Of a stretch of DNA of 64,000 bases, positions 50,692 through 64,000 are shown piece after piece. How positions within the stretch are numbered: the first letter of the stretch is position 1; every line of letters begins with the position of its first letter. Made by a program: the position numbers and the translations under genes. Location of the stretch: positions 153,884,001-153,948,000 of the forward strand of contig OX597814.1 in assembly GCA_951406725.2 (NCBI GenBank), read 5' to 3'. The notes under the pieces were generated by a model. It was not told where the DNA came from. It did no database searches and saw nothing but the letters and a program-made list of their open reading frames with translations. Source of the stretch: Octopus vulgaris. Taxonomy: Eukaryota.

Positions 50692-51200
50692 AACGAAAGG
50701 TAATTTGTATATCCAATTAAATATGGATGCCTTGTTAGAACAAGAAATATTGCATTATTAGCCTTGAGAAATCCTCTATAGAGGCACTTGGTGCATAAAG
50801 CACACACATAGATCATAGCAGATGAAAGTCATCTGTCATGGATGCTGGAATTCCGATATCATGTGATTTCAGTCTTTTGGACCTCCTCAGTGGAAAACAC
50901 CAATCAGTGGATGTCAGTCAAATTTCACTCCCACAATATATAGAATATCAACATCTTTTCAGACATTGATGTCATAAATAGCTAACAGACTAATTAGAAA
51001 TTAATTATTAGCAATGGAAGCAGTATTAATACGAAAAGGGAATCTTTATATCCAACTTAGCATGAATGCCTTGTTAGAACACCAAATATTAGCTTTGAAA
51101 GATTCTCTCATATAGGTGCTTAGTGCATAAAAGCACATGCATAGATCACAGCAGATGAAATTTGTTTGACATGAGGGCTGAAATTCCCATATCACAAGTG
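50692..51200 (-). mobile_element. Retrozyme/Penelope pseudo-LTR-like partial tandem (about 1.5 units of about 335 bp)
   Basis: 50692-50865 is a diverged direct repeat of 51030-51197, with a hammerhead at the unit junction. Ends at (TA)n. Confidence 0.65.
50851..50895 (-). ncRNA. Type I hammerhead ribozyme
   Basis: TTCCA-CTGAGGA-GGTC-CAAAA-GACT-GAAA-TCACATGAT-A-TCGGAA: complete core, 4-bp stem II, near-palindromic stem III and an AUA triplet. Confidence 0.75.
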
Positions 51201-51776
51201 TGAATTGCTGCTTATGCATGCAGGAGGAGAAGGTTTCACCCCTAGTATTTAAAATGTTCATTACTGATGTTATGATATTTAATCAAGTTTTATGTCAAAA
51301 TATGTGAAAATATGTGAAACTCCACAATTATGTGCACATATGTACAAATATGAACAATTATGTGCACACACTTAAACATGAACAAAATACATACTGCAGG
51401 TGTGTGTGTATATATCTATGCGTGCACATATTCTGCATGGATGTACATGAGCATAGATGTGTGTATTCATATTCATATTCATATTTATATTATATTTATA
51501 AACTTGAATGTGACCAGAACTAATGCAAGGGAAATAATAATTGGGAGTTGTTTCACCTGATCTATATATTTATGTTTATTTCAAAATCCCTCACAGTTTT
51601 GTGAAGATTTGTTGTATTCTCATCTAAAATAGGAATAAGTACCAATATCCCAAGTGGCAGGTTTGATAATTGCTGAGAATTCTCTGCATGAAACCAATGG
51701 TAACCTTGCTAACACACAAATAAAGGATATTTATCGACCAATGTGGTGTTGAGAACTCTCAATGTTCGATATTAGC

Positions 51777-51810
<34 letters not shown>

Positions 51811-54802
51811 ACACACATACAGATTATTTATACATTTCATATATCTATATATGATAATAATTGAAAGAGAAATGTTGTATTAAATAATATGATTTGGAAA
51901 TGTTGCAAATGGCTGTAAAGCAGTGAAATTCGTCTAATCTATGAAAAGGTAGAAGGAAATTCTGCTTTGTAATAATTTATCTGGAAATAATGATAAAAAG
52001 AATGTCAACTGAAAATCTTTTTGTGTAATTTATTGCTTCCACTTTAAGTTTGAAACTTGTAGCTGACTAAACATCATAACTAATTAAAAAGCTATAATCT
52101 GCAAGTGGTTAAGAAAACAACAACCTATATGAATGGGGGGGGAAAGAGAAATAACAAAGTTACAAAAATAACAGCACATTATTCTATTTAGAAGGACTGC
52201 CTGAATTGCATCTATTATGTTTCCACAGGGACAAAATAAATGTTTGAATTATTGTGATGCCATTATGAACCCAATGCATTGAGAATCAGTGAATGTTGAA
52301 AATGTTCTAATTTTGTAAGAGCTTCTATTTGCTTATCTGCACTAAAAGTGTTGCTATTAGCAACAAGCCTAGAGGGGGAGTGTTTTTATGACTGCTCCAA
52401 GCTTGATAATGGCACTTACACTGTGGAAGAAATGCATTCAGCCACAGAATGAAAACAATATATAAGTTTTAATGGACTACTAAGGAAAAATTTGAAGAAA
52501 TGAAACAAAAATGATAACAAGAAATCAATACATTAATGTGTTAATGTGTGAAGTTAAGTCATTGTATTCTTTCAGTTATCTAAATTGTAAGCTGGCAGCT
52601 GTTAATGAGTTTGCCATCAATAGGGAATCCAGCCAGTAAGTTGACAAATCAAGAATGTTCACTACTTAACAAAGTTAAGATTTTCTTCAGTTCAGTATTT
52701 TCTTGTAGAGAGTTTTGGCATCATTTATTTAATAGAATTAATTTTAATGTTATTTTGTTTGTTTTTTTTTTTGTTTTTTTTTTTGTTTTTTCAGGAAATG
52801 AAGCAGTGGAGAAAATTTATTGACAACAATTTAAAAGGCAACAGGAAATTTTTCTCAAACTAAAACACAAACACATACTCATACATATGCAAATTGATGC
52901 ATATACAGAATATATGTGCATGTACGTGTGCACGCATGTGTATCATCATCATCATCATCATCATTTAACGTCACTCTCATACATCATCAGTATTAGCAAA
53001 AGCAGTAATACTAATTTATATTAAGTATTGTTTCCCAAAGACAATATAGGAGATGACAAGGAACATAGTAACCCCATGAGTCTAAACAAATCAAGATGTG
53101 CCAGTGAGAGAGCCTCTACATGGAAGCTCAACTCACTAGAAATAGCAGCCAAATCTCACTCAAATTCCACTCTATCATCATAAAGAATGAAAGGGCACAT
53201 TAGGTAATGTAGTTCTAGTTACACCATGTTTGAAAGATTTAAGGAAAAAAAAAAGATTGTCACTACTATGATGGCTTTGATCACAGGTCTGCTCAGTCAC
53301 AGGTCTACTCAGTCAGGACTTGACTGCAAGGCTAAACAATAAAACCAACAGATTAGGTTCAGGATCAGGTTCAAGACAACTGACTCTGCTTTTGTTTTCT
53401 CTACTGTGAAAACAAGTATCATGAAGCTGCTCTACCATGAAAGCATTCCTCTGATTATTCTTCCCTAGAACATAGCACTCAATCAAAATCCATAGCCCGG
53501 AGAAACTGTCGCCACATAGTAAGCAATGCAATCTCCAATTTCCATCTTTTCCAGACACCAGCCAGCATGACTTAACTGATTTAGTAAAATATTTGAGCTT
53601 TGCAATCACATTATGCTGTGTTACAAGCAACAGATAGTCTAATAGGACTTAGCTTCTCTTAAGAATGCTTAGCTGTTGGTTTCTTTATGAGGGGTTCTTA
53701 CATCCTTTGGTAGGTTTTAATTTTATTCCTGCTATATTTTCCCCAAGTAAACTGGTCTGGGTTGGCCAGTTTAATAACCAATCACTCAGCCACAAGATAG
53801 ATTGTACTAGACTACATCATGCCAGTAGCATGTAGACCTTACCTCCTAAAACAGAGGCTAATAGTCACTGCTGGAACTCTTTTGATTAAGGGCTTCGTTA
53901 ACAACAACAATCTAACAACTATCTTTCTACTAGTGTCATATGTACTAATTTTCTTCAAAATTTGTACAATAGTACATGATGTAGTGTCAGAATTAACACA
54001 AACACTCTTTTAGGTTAATGATAAAAAGGTTTTAGTCTTCTATTACATTTACATTAAGCATCGTTTATAGGAATATTAATCAACCCCAACATTTGACCAG
54101 TATTTTATTTTATGGATCCAGTGAGATGAAAGGCAAAGTTGACTACAGACAAAATTTGAACTTAGAACTGAATGCCACAAAACACTAATAATACTGCTAA
54201 TCTACCATCAATAAATCAAATGGTGTAACTAAGCAATTCTAAGCATATTTTCACTGAAATTTATCAGAAATAAGTTGAGATGTGGAGATATGTATGTATT
54301 TTTATTTTTTTTAAATGAGAAAATGGAGGAAAAAAAAATTAGGATAATAAATTACTGAAGTTGATGTGTTTGAAGATATTAAGGTATCTTCTCAGGTTTC
54401 TCAATCTTTCATAATTTTAAATATTTTATGAATACTTTTATTTATTTATTTGGTTTTTTTTTTGGTTTTTGTTTTGCCTATAAAATTTGAATTCCTAGCC
54501 AAATATTTCATGTTGTATAAATTCCGTTTCTAATTTCCAAAAACCATTTCATGCAATCTTTATTTAGAATAATTGATTTTAATATTGGTTTTCCTCAAAA
54601 TATTACAAGAAAAAAAAATCTTGGGGATGATTAAGAGAAAGTGTTAATGATTACAAGGAATTCAACTCACACCTTTATGATCGATTGGCTTCAACAGTCT
54701 TTTGCTCAAAATTTACATTACTAACTCAAACAAACGTCTGGTTTTGCTCTTGGTTGTTGTTTTCTAAAGAGTGAGGAGCATCAGAAAAAATACTTCACAG
54801 TA

Positions 54803-55210
54803 TTGGCTGTGTGGTAAGTAGCTTGCTAACCAACCATTTGGTTCCAGGTTCAGTCCCACTGCGTGGCATCTTGGGCAAGTGTCTTCTACTATAGCCCCGG
54901 GGCCAACCAAAGCCTTGTGAGTAGATTTGGTGGATGGAAACTGAAAGAAGCCCGTCGTATATATGTATATATATATATATATGTGTGTGTGCATGTTTGT
55001 GTGTCTGTCTTTGTCCCCCTAGCATTGCTTGACAACCGATGCTGGTGTGTTTACGTCCCTGACACTTAGCGGTTCGGAAAAAGAGACTGATAGAATAAGT
55101 ACTGGGCTTACAAAGAATAAGTCTCGGGGTCGATTTGCTCGACTAAAGGCGGTGCTCCAGCATGGCCGCGGTCAAATGACTGAAAAGAGTAAAAGAGTAA
55201 AGAGTAAAGA
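54803..55210 (+). mobile_element. SINE family B, young full-length copy with internal (TA)/(TG) tract
   Basis: tRNA-like head, CORE-like CTTGGGCAAGTG block and AAGAGTAA-repeat tail. Near-identical to 56194-56572. Confidence 0.9.
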
Positions 55211-55499
55211 GTATTACAACATGGATGCAACATGACTGAATAGTCAAGAAGTTTACTTCATGATCATGAGATCCCTTGTTCAATTCCAGTGCATGGCACA
55301 CATGCTTTTTACCATAGTCTTTAGTATGAACTGCATGTCTAAGGTCAACCCAAGCTTTGTGAATAACAGTAGAAACTGTATGGAAGCTCATTTGATGGAA
55401 TGTACCTGTAATTCAAAGGTTTAACCGTGTCACACTGATATCACCTGAGAATGATATTATGGTTATACATGTCTGTGGAATGTTCAGTCATTTCTTACA

Positions 55500-55870
55500 C
55501 TTTTTGCTTGCTTCAGTCATTGGATTGCAGCCATGCTGGACCACCACCTTGAAGGGTTCAGTTGAACAAATTGACCCCTATACTTATTTCTCTTATTTAA
55601 GATGTGTACTGATTTTATAAGTCTCTTTCACTAAACCACAAGGTTATGAGAACACAAACAAACCAACACTAGCTATCAAGCACAAGGACAAATGCACACA
55701 CATACACAATGGGCTTCCACACAGTTTCCGTTTACTAAATTCACTGACAAAGTGTTCATTGACCAGGGACTATAGTAGAAAACACCTGTCCAAGATTCCA
55801 CACAACAGGACTGAACCTGAAGCCATGTAGTGGCAAAGAGAGCTTACTTTACCATACAGCCATGCCTGTG
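55500..55870 (-). mobile_element. SINE family B-related old copy
   Basis: Reverse-complement similarity in both head and tail. Confidence 0.7.
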
Positions 55871-55962
55871 AACTAATTCACGTAGTAGATAGATCAGTTG
55901 ATCAAACAACTGAATACTCATTGTCAACACCAACAGAACTCCATTTACATCACAGGAAAGTT

Positions 55963-56007
<45 letters not shown>

Positions 56008-56193
56008 AAAGGCTTTGCTTAAAACATCTAAATTTTCATTTCCCTGTTGCATACAAATTCATCTAAATTTATGTTTCATAAATCATTTTAGCTAACACAG
56101 ATCAACATTAGTTTCTCAGCCTCTGGTATTTTGTTGCTTTAAGGTATTTGTATCATGTGGTTTGGAAACTAAATCCTGCTATGCTCAATTTGT

Positions 56194-56572
56194 AGGAGTG
56201 GCTGTGTGTGGTAAGTAGCTTGCTTACCAACCACATGGTTCCAGGTTCAGTTCCACTGCGTGGCACCTTGGGTAAGTGTCTTCTACTATAGCCTCGGGCT
56301 GACCAAAGCCTTGTGAGTGGATTTGGTAGATGGAAACTGAAAGAAGCCCGTCATATATATGTATATATATATGTGTGTGTGTCTGTGTTTGTCCCCACAA
56401 CATCACTTGACAACCGATGGTGGGGTGTTTACGTCCCCATCACTTAGCAGTTCAGCAAAAGAGACTGATAGAATAAGTACTAGGCTTACAAAGAATAAGT
56501 CCTGGGGTCGATTTGATCGACTAAAGGTGGTTCTCCAGCATGGCCACAGTCAAATGACTGAAACAAGTAAAA
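56194..56572 (+). mobile_element. SINE family B, young copy
   Basis: Same structure as 54803-55210. Confidence 0.9.
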
Positions 56573-57334
56573 GCATTCCTCCAATTCACAAAAATAAAAA
56601 GAGGTTTTTTTCTTTTTTTTCCCCACCTATAATACTAACATGAACAAATGCTTAGAACTACCATAGTTATACATATAATAAGAAAGCTTTAACTTATTTT
56701 CAAAGGTTGATCCGGTATTTAATAATGAGTTCAATATAGTTCTCTTAAAATAATGTGTTTAATACAGTTCAGAACTAAAAGCTAAAAGTAGTATAAAACA
56801 ATATTTGACCAACAGAATCTTCTGTTTATGTGTTTAATGCCCGTTATCTGATGTTATAAACTCAGATTGTTAATGTCAAAGTTTAGATAAAGTTAATATT
56901 TTAATATATTTGAGCCAACACTGAAGTTTCAGATTCACTGGTCTACTGTCAGAAATGTCAAAGAAACAGATAATAGAAACTATAAATTCAAACTAATTAT
57001 TAATGAAATGCCATGATGAATATCAGTAACAGGCAGAAATTAATTGGTTGTTATCAAAAGTGACCAACATTACTTGATCTTTGTAACTAAACCCTATATC
57101 ACTGTATGTGCAGCATGTGTCAGAAGCATTGAAAGTAGCGTACTTGGGGTGAGGGTGATGGCATAGTCCTTACTCTTTGGGAACAGGTGTGAATGGATGT
57201 GAAATTTTCTTTAATTACTTATAATACTTGTTAATTATGGTAACAACACCAAAATTACCTTTGTAGCCGAGCACAGAGAACTCTTGATAGGTATATATAT
57301 TCACAAGGCACATTTTAAGAAAACATATGTACAT

Positions 57335-58990
57335 AGGCACAGGTGTGGCTGTATGGTAAGAAACTTGCTTCCCAACCACATGGTCTGGGTTCAGTCCCAC
57401 TGCATGGCACCTTGGGCAAGTGTCTTCTACTATAGCTTCAGGCCTACCAAAACCTTGTGAGTGGATTTGATAGATGGAAACTGAAAGAAGCCTGTCCTAT
57501 ATATTGCAGGTTTTTTATAGTTCTGTTATTTTTCAAACTTAAGATAAACAAAGTTCTTTTTAAATCTAAAATAGACTCTCTTTCATTTTCTACAATGCTC
57601 TTCCATCTATCTGATAGACTTGCAAAGCCCCTCTTTTAAAATTCACTTGTCTGTGACAAAATAACTCCTCTAGTACTGTTCTGACCTTGTCTACAGAATT
57701 CCTATTTTTTCTGCCCAAATGATTTTGAAGACTGCGAAATATATGATAATCAGATGGGGCAATGTGAGAATATGACGGGAGAAACATCATTTCCCATTCA
57801 AACTTCTCCAGCCTTTGGAATGTCATCCTCACTGTATGTGGCCAAGCATTATCCTGATGGAAGAACACCTTTCGTCTTAAAACCAAAGATGGTCATTTTT
57901 CTTCTAGAGCTGACTTAAGACGCTCAAGCTGCTCACAGTAAATCTCCTTTGTTATGGTTTGGTTTGGGTTTAAAAGTTCAAAGTGGACTAAACCTTTCAT
58001 ATCCCACCAAACAGATAACAACATCTTATGTGGGTGAATACCTTCTTTAGCCTGGGGTGTCGGTGTTTCTCTTTTCCCAACCCACTGTCTTCAGTGCTTG
58101 ACAGTTTTGTAGAGAACCCATTTCTTGTCACCAGTTACTGTTCGGTCCAAAAAAGATTCATTTGTGAGATGTGACAGCAAAGAACACACATTCCCTCTCT
58201 ACATGCGATTAGACTCATAAAGTTTGTGAGGAACCCACTGACCCAATTTGCTGACTTTTCTGATGGCACACAGGTGTTGATGAATGGTTGAATGACCAAA
58301 TCCAAGCTTCTCTACTAGTTCCTCAACAGTTACGAAGGGATTTTGTTCCATCAGGGTTTGCAGGACATCTTCATCAAGCTCTACAGATCTTCCAGGATGA
58401 GGTTTGTCTTCTAGGCTGTAGTTTCTGGCTCAGAAATTCGGGAACCACCATTGACACTGGCTTATGCTTATTGTCTGATCCCCATAAATTGCATTAATAT
58501 TCCTTGCACTTTCTGTCGCACTGTTGCTTTTATTGAACTCATTAAGCAAAATATGCCAAATATGCTCCTTTGTCACTTCCATTACAGCTTTGTAAAAATA
58601 AATGTTAAAATCGAACTGCACTCTTCAAAACTTGCACTAAGAATAAGCACAAGATAAAATTACTACCTGCTTTTATAGCAAGTTGATGAAGGTAGTTTAT
58701 CCTGTCCCCCTCTGACTTTTAATTCATGCAATTGAAAAAACCCACATTATTTAATGGATGACCCAATATATATATATATGTTTATATTTATGTGTGTGTC
58801 TTTGTGTCTGTGTTTGTCCCCCCACCCACCATCACCATAACTTAGTGGTTCAGCAAAGGAAATCAATAGAATATGTACTAGACTTACAAAGAATAAGCCT
58901 TGGGGTCAGTTTCTTCAACTAAAACTTTTTAAGGTGTTGCTCTCAGCATGGCCACAGTCAAATGACTGCAACAAGTAAAAGAATAAAAGA
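57335..58990 (+). mobile_element. SINE family B split by a mariner insertion
   Basis: The 5' half (57335-57503) and 3' half (58767-58990) are contiguous in intact copies. Confidence 0.85.
57504..58766 (-). mobile_element. Near full-length mariner element, transposase pseudogene
   Basis: MEVTKEHIWHILL.EF, WVPH, VTGDKKWV, WWDMKG, HQDNA.PH and APSDYH.FRSLQN motifs with stops and frameshifts. The 5' TIR is TTGGGTCATCCAT; the other TIR is partly deleted. Confidence 0.92.
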
Positions 58991-60786
58991 ATATATAGAC
59001 ATAAGCATGTTTAACACCATCAATGTATTTCACAGACATACCATTCATTTACAATGTACCCTACTTAAAACCATATACGTATATTGTATTCTATTTGCAT
59101 TCATACAACTACTTCTGATGTTTGAAAGTGAATTTGTGTCAAATCACAAGGTACTATAATCCAGAATGAGGAACACATTTAACTATGTAGTGCATGAAAA
59201 CTATGCCTGAACATAAAAAAGGATGTGGTGAGTAGGGACAGAATGCTTTGATCATAGATCATAGGTTTACTCCAGAAGAGTTGAGCTGGAAATAAACAAG
59301 TTTAAAAACAAAACATACGAAAATAAAACCATATTACATACTATACACACTTCCTAGCTTTCTAGGATAATTTTTCACTATAAGAATGATTTAATAAACT
59401 TTACTGTAAAAACAATTTAAATCAAAGTGTGCTCAATGAAATAATATGGAACATGAAAATAATTATGGAAGTCACTGAAATAAAGGTACAAATCATCATT
59501 TTAGCATCTGCTTTCTGTGCATGCATAGATCAGATGGAGTTCGATGAGGCCAATTTTCTATGATTGAATGTCCTTCCTGTCAACAAGCTTCATCTGGTTC
59601 CAAGCATCTGTTTCCCCATGGCCATACACACTTTTGCAGAATAGTGGAATGAATGATGCTGCTTGGTGACTGACATTCATTTACAACTAACATATGATGT
59701 CAAAACAAGAAGACACAAAAATACACACATATACACACAATACACAACCAACTTCTTTCAGTTTCCATTTACCAAATCTCAAGGTTTTAGTCAGCTCAGG
59801 CCTATAATAGAAGACACTTGCCCCACAATGGGAGTGAACCCAGTACCATAGAATTGGAAAGTGAACTTCTTGATCAAATAACCATGCCTGTGAAGTATGA
59901 AATTCACTGAGATAATACAAAACTCATTGAAACTCAGTCAAATAGAATGGAATTAAGTGAAATAATTATTTAACACACTAAAACAATATGGAAATAATAA
60001 TTTTTATATAAATTTAAAGGAAAAAACTTTCAAATATGAATATTACTGTATCTTTTGAAGTTGTCATTGTTTGATAAATGCTTTGATCTGAGAACTTGTT
60101 TTGAAACTAAAGTTATGCAAGAGCCATTTTAACTATTCCAGAACACAAAAATTTACATTCATTTTCCACCTATATCTTGAAGTGTTAAAATTTTCATCAC
60201 ACTTCTGTGACCCCCATCATTGAATAAAATTTCACTACAATTGTTGACTACCCTTTAGATACCCCAGTAGGAGATTACCTGCAGTAGAAACAGGATTTTG
60301 GGCTGATAACATAACTATCATATCCACTTACATAACAGAAAGCCAGTAACCAGAAAAGACCCTGTTATGTTGGCAACTGCCAAACTGAACATTCAGTAAT
60401 ATGCTTCATAAGAGTAATAAAACATGTCACAAACACACCCACCTCAAGAACAAAACATATTCAGTATTTTATTTTCTGAATGTAGTTATCTGGTTATACA
60501 CAAAGAAGATAATTTCAGACTATATAAAGTAGCTATGGAAAAATTTGAAAATATCCTAAACAACAATGCCAACAGAATATACTTTCTCTATACCATAACA
60601 AGATTTAGAACAAAGTAGTTAGCAATAATAATTGCTTCTAATTTAAGCAGAAGGTTAGCAATTTTAAGGAAGTGGTTTAATCAGTGCCATCAATCCCAGT
60701 ATTTTGACTAGTTTCATTGACCTTGGATGGTGTAAAACTCAGTACTAAAATACCTAACAGTTTTAATAATAATAATAATAATAATG

Positions 60787-60856
<70 letters not shown>

Positions 60857-60858
<2 letters not shown>

Positions 60859-61472
60859 TGCCCTGATGCAGTACCAAATGCCCTGATGCAGTACCAAATG
60901 CCCTGATGCAGTACCAATGCTCTGATGCAGTACCAGGCAGTGGCTCTCATGGCTTCTGATCTTAACTGATTGGAAGTGTTATCATGTACATTGTTTTGTC
61001 TTGGTATAAAAGATGGGCTACAGCAAATATTCTGCTCAATACCACAGATTTGCTTGTCAGTTGTTTGACCTTAACCAGTTGAACATGTCCCTTAGTGGCT
61101 GACGATATGTGCATCTCTGATCACGAGCAGAAGTAGTGGGGGAGCATCATAGCCATGTGTTGAGAGGGATTCTTTGGGGTTTGAATAATTCACCTCTGGA
61201 AACATGGGTGGTTCTTTCAACATCCTTAAACAACCCTTATTCAGGGACCGTTTGAGCGGGATGGGCTACTCAACCTGAAGAAAATTCTAACTGGGCCCCA
61301 CCTGCAAGGTCATGTGCTGTTTATCTTGATATGAGATCACCATGTCGCGCACATATGGTTGTGATGCATGTGCCTGGTGTGCCTTTATCAGACGGGTAGT
61401 CATGATGGGTATATTGGGCTTCGTATATTTTACCCCAGTGTCACTTTGATGGCATGAACTGCTCTCTCACTC
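60857..61472. mobile_element. (TAA)n-associated element with a four-fold reiterated 20-bp terminus
   Basis: AATGCCCTGATGCAGTACCA three times plus one 19-bp variant (60857-60935), then a body matching 43808-44361. Confidence 0.9.
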
Positions 61473-61514
<42 letters not shown>

Positions 61515-61516
<2 letters not shown>

Positions 61517-61710
61517 AATTATTGTATACAGTGCTCAGGTGCACCACAACTTGTCAAAAGTGTGTATAAAGCATAAGCAGTAATGTACAAATGTCAGGAA
61601 AGTGAACAGTGTATGAGTCAGATACATGCTTGTGTGTGTATGGAGGGGAGAAAATCAGGTGTAGTGTTGGCGAATCTCAGAAAGCATAGAAGTTTTGAAG
61701 GATGCAGTTT
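61515..61710 (-). mobile_element. CR1-like LINE 3' UTR fragment
   Basis: Matches 25870-26062. Confidence 0.85.
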
Positions 61711-63049
61711 AAGAAAATCCTCTGAGAAACTAAGCTTAATATTGAAATTATATAAAAAGTAAGACAGATAGAATTATTAGATCAATAATTTGTAAATCTT
61801 TACATTTTGACACCTGTACAAAGACTAAGCTATGTGCCAAAAATTCACATACCACTCGCAAAGTAAAAAATATAGTATACTACATATGGTGCCAAGAAAG
61901 GAGCATGTGTTAACCTTCCTGAAACTTAGGAGAAACAGTTTAAAATATCAGTGAACATTGGAACAACTATGTTGAATAGAAAACTACTTTCATACTTTTC
62001 CAACATGTGCTAAAATATAATGGTTCGATTAACAGACTTAAAGTGACTATCATAACTACACCTAATTATGATACAATGCTAAGATGAGTAACTGAATTAG
62101 TTTCTATACAAAAGTATAAACCCAGTAACTCTGAACTAAAACTAGCTTGAGCTGTAACAATCCATCCAACCCATGCCAGCATAGAAAGCAGGCATGTGGT
62201 GAGGGTGGTGGTATAGTTAAAATTACTTTACTTTCAAATGAGGTTTCCTTTGCTAATTACAAAATGTTGAAACATAAATATAAGTGATAAATTTTCTGTA
62301 AAATTGGAAAGATATGACTAAAAGGACATTAGAGAAAATAAGAAAATGTAGCAGTTAATGTTTTTCTAAAGCAGAAAATTTATTGTCTAAATATGTTGGA
62401 CAGAGTAATAATTAAAATAATATACACAATAGATATTAGAATATATAAACAATATAATTTGTTAAACAATCAAATTTCAGAACAAAAGCAAGATCTATTA
62501 TTTTTGTTATTGGTTGTAATTAAATGAGACACAACATCAGAAGTAGTTCTTTTGTAATTATGTACAACCTGCTTTATAAGTACTAATACATTGTCTGTTG
62601 TTTTACAAATAGAATAAAATATATTCTGTTCCATAGAAATATAGCTATATATTGAACATAAAAATAACAAATGGTTAAACAATTAGAAATAAAATATATA
62701 TTCAATTTTTAACTTTGTAAATAGCTATATGCAAATTAAATACATGTTTTTGAACCTAGATGTTGTACTGAAAAAAATCAGCTCCTGCCCCCATCAATAA
62801 ATAATTAAATAATATCAATGAGACTTTTAGCATGTCTTGGGCTGTTAGACATAGAGCCCAACTCTTTCTAGATCTAACCAGCATCAATTTCTTCTGAAGA
62901 GAGAGAGATGAAGTAATCGAATATTATTAGTATGCTTATTGACTACTAAAGGGAAGGAAAAACTGAAATCATCAGGATTTGATCTGGGAGAAGAAGACTG
63001 GAATGAATATTATAAGGTATTTTATCTGACCCTCTAACTACTTCAATTC

Positions 63050-63051
<2 letters not shown>

Positions 63052-63144
<93 letters not shown>
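63052..63144. repeat. (CT)n microsatellite
   Basis: Direct reading. Confidence 0.97.
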
Positions 63145-63147
<3 letters not shown>

Positions 63148-63332
63148 CCATGTAAAATTGCAGTTGCGGCAGATACTGGTGTCACACTAATGGCACCAAT
63201 GCCATTACATCCAGCCATAGAAACCATGCCAAATTAGACTGTAGCCTGGTGCAGCCTTCCAGCTTGCCAGCCCTGGTCAAACCATCCAACCCATGCCAGC
63301 ATGGACAACAGACATTGAATGAAGATTAAATG

Positions 63333-63377
<45 letters not shown>

Positions 63378-63379
<2 letters not shown>

Positions 63380-64000
63380 TTCTTTTTCTTATCCCCCGTC
63401 TGTCTTGATAGACAATGGGTCGCGCCAAGGGTGGGACCTACTTTGATGATGAGCAGCGTCTGCTGTGACTGAACAGTCCAATTCTAGAGTGGCAGTCCCT
63501 GGTACAGTTGGTGCACACGAACATCGATGGGTACGTGTGGGTTGTTGCTGCAGTTGTCCTCCTCCTGTCCCGCCTGTCCGACCACAGCTGTGCTCTCCTT
63601 TCCTCAGCCATGGAAACGCCTTTCCTCACTGTCCAACGCCAGGCAGAGCGGTCAGCAGCTGTTACCTCCCACGTGTCCACACAGATGTTGGCAGTCCTCA
63701 GGTCGCGCTTCCACACATCCCTGTATCGTAGCTGTGGACGTCCCTTGGGTCGGGATCCCGTGGTGAGTTCGCTGTACAGGATGTCTTTAGGCATGCGACA
63801 ATCCTGCATGCGGCAGACGTGTCCGAGCCAGCGCAGTCGTCTCCGCACGAGGAGGGCATGCATGCTTGGCATATTAGTCTGTTCTAGGATGACTCCGTTT
63901 GGTACTCGGTCCTTCCAGGAGATGCCAAGGATCCGTCGAAGACACCGCATGTGGAAGCCGCTGAGGATGCATTCTTGCCGGGCGTATGTTGTCCAGCTCT
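63378..64000 (-). mobile_element. Young RTE (BovB-like) LINE 3' end, continuing beyond the window
   Basis: Open frame with MRCLRRILGISWKD, RRLRWLGHV.RM, GRPQLRY.D and a terminal CTNCTRDCHSRIGLFSHSRRC zinc finger. Stop at 63438. GC/CpG-rich with a short UTR ending at (TA)n. Confidence 0.92.

Noticed and set aside
53340-53900. Possible highly decayed L1/Tx1-like 3' fragment on the minus strand
   Set aside because: Composition suggests old coding sequence, but the motifs are too eroded to support a call.
60857-60935. CRISPR-like short direct repeats
   Set aside because: The units are contiguous with no spacers, the context is eukaryotic, and there are no cas genes.

Overview
This is AT-rich, repeat-saturated eukaryotic non-coding DNA. 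The SINE families and microsatellite density suggest an octopus/coleoid genome (inference). I found no convincing host protein-coding exon, and nearly all short ORFs in the track are microsatellite or repeat translations. The main feature is a compact (4261 bp), GC-rich, near-intact LTR retrotransposon at 11753-16013. It has 275-bp TG..CA LTRs, a 5-bp TSD (GTTTC), gag with two zinc knuckles, a -1 frameshift signal (G GGA AAC plus a predicted pseudoknot), and PR-RT-RNaseH-integrase. Two things about it are unusual. Its primer-binding site is the exact complement of the first 12 nt of tRNA-Phe rather than of a tRNA 3' CCA end. Its RT/RNase H motifs look DIRS/BEL-like although the layout is gypsy-like. 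The rest of the window contains several tRNA-derived SINE families; RTE, CR1, R4/Dong-like and HERO-like LINE fragments; Tc1/mariner and pogo-type relics; a (TAA)n-associated non-coding element; and several Penelope/retrozyme-type hammerhead ribozyme motifs. Boundaries of old repeats are approximate and family names come from motif recognition, not database searches.
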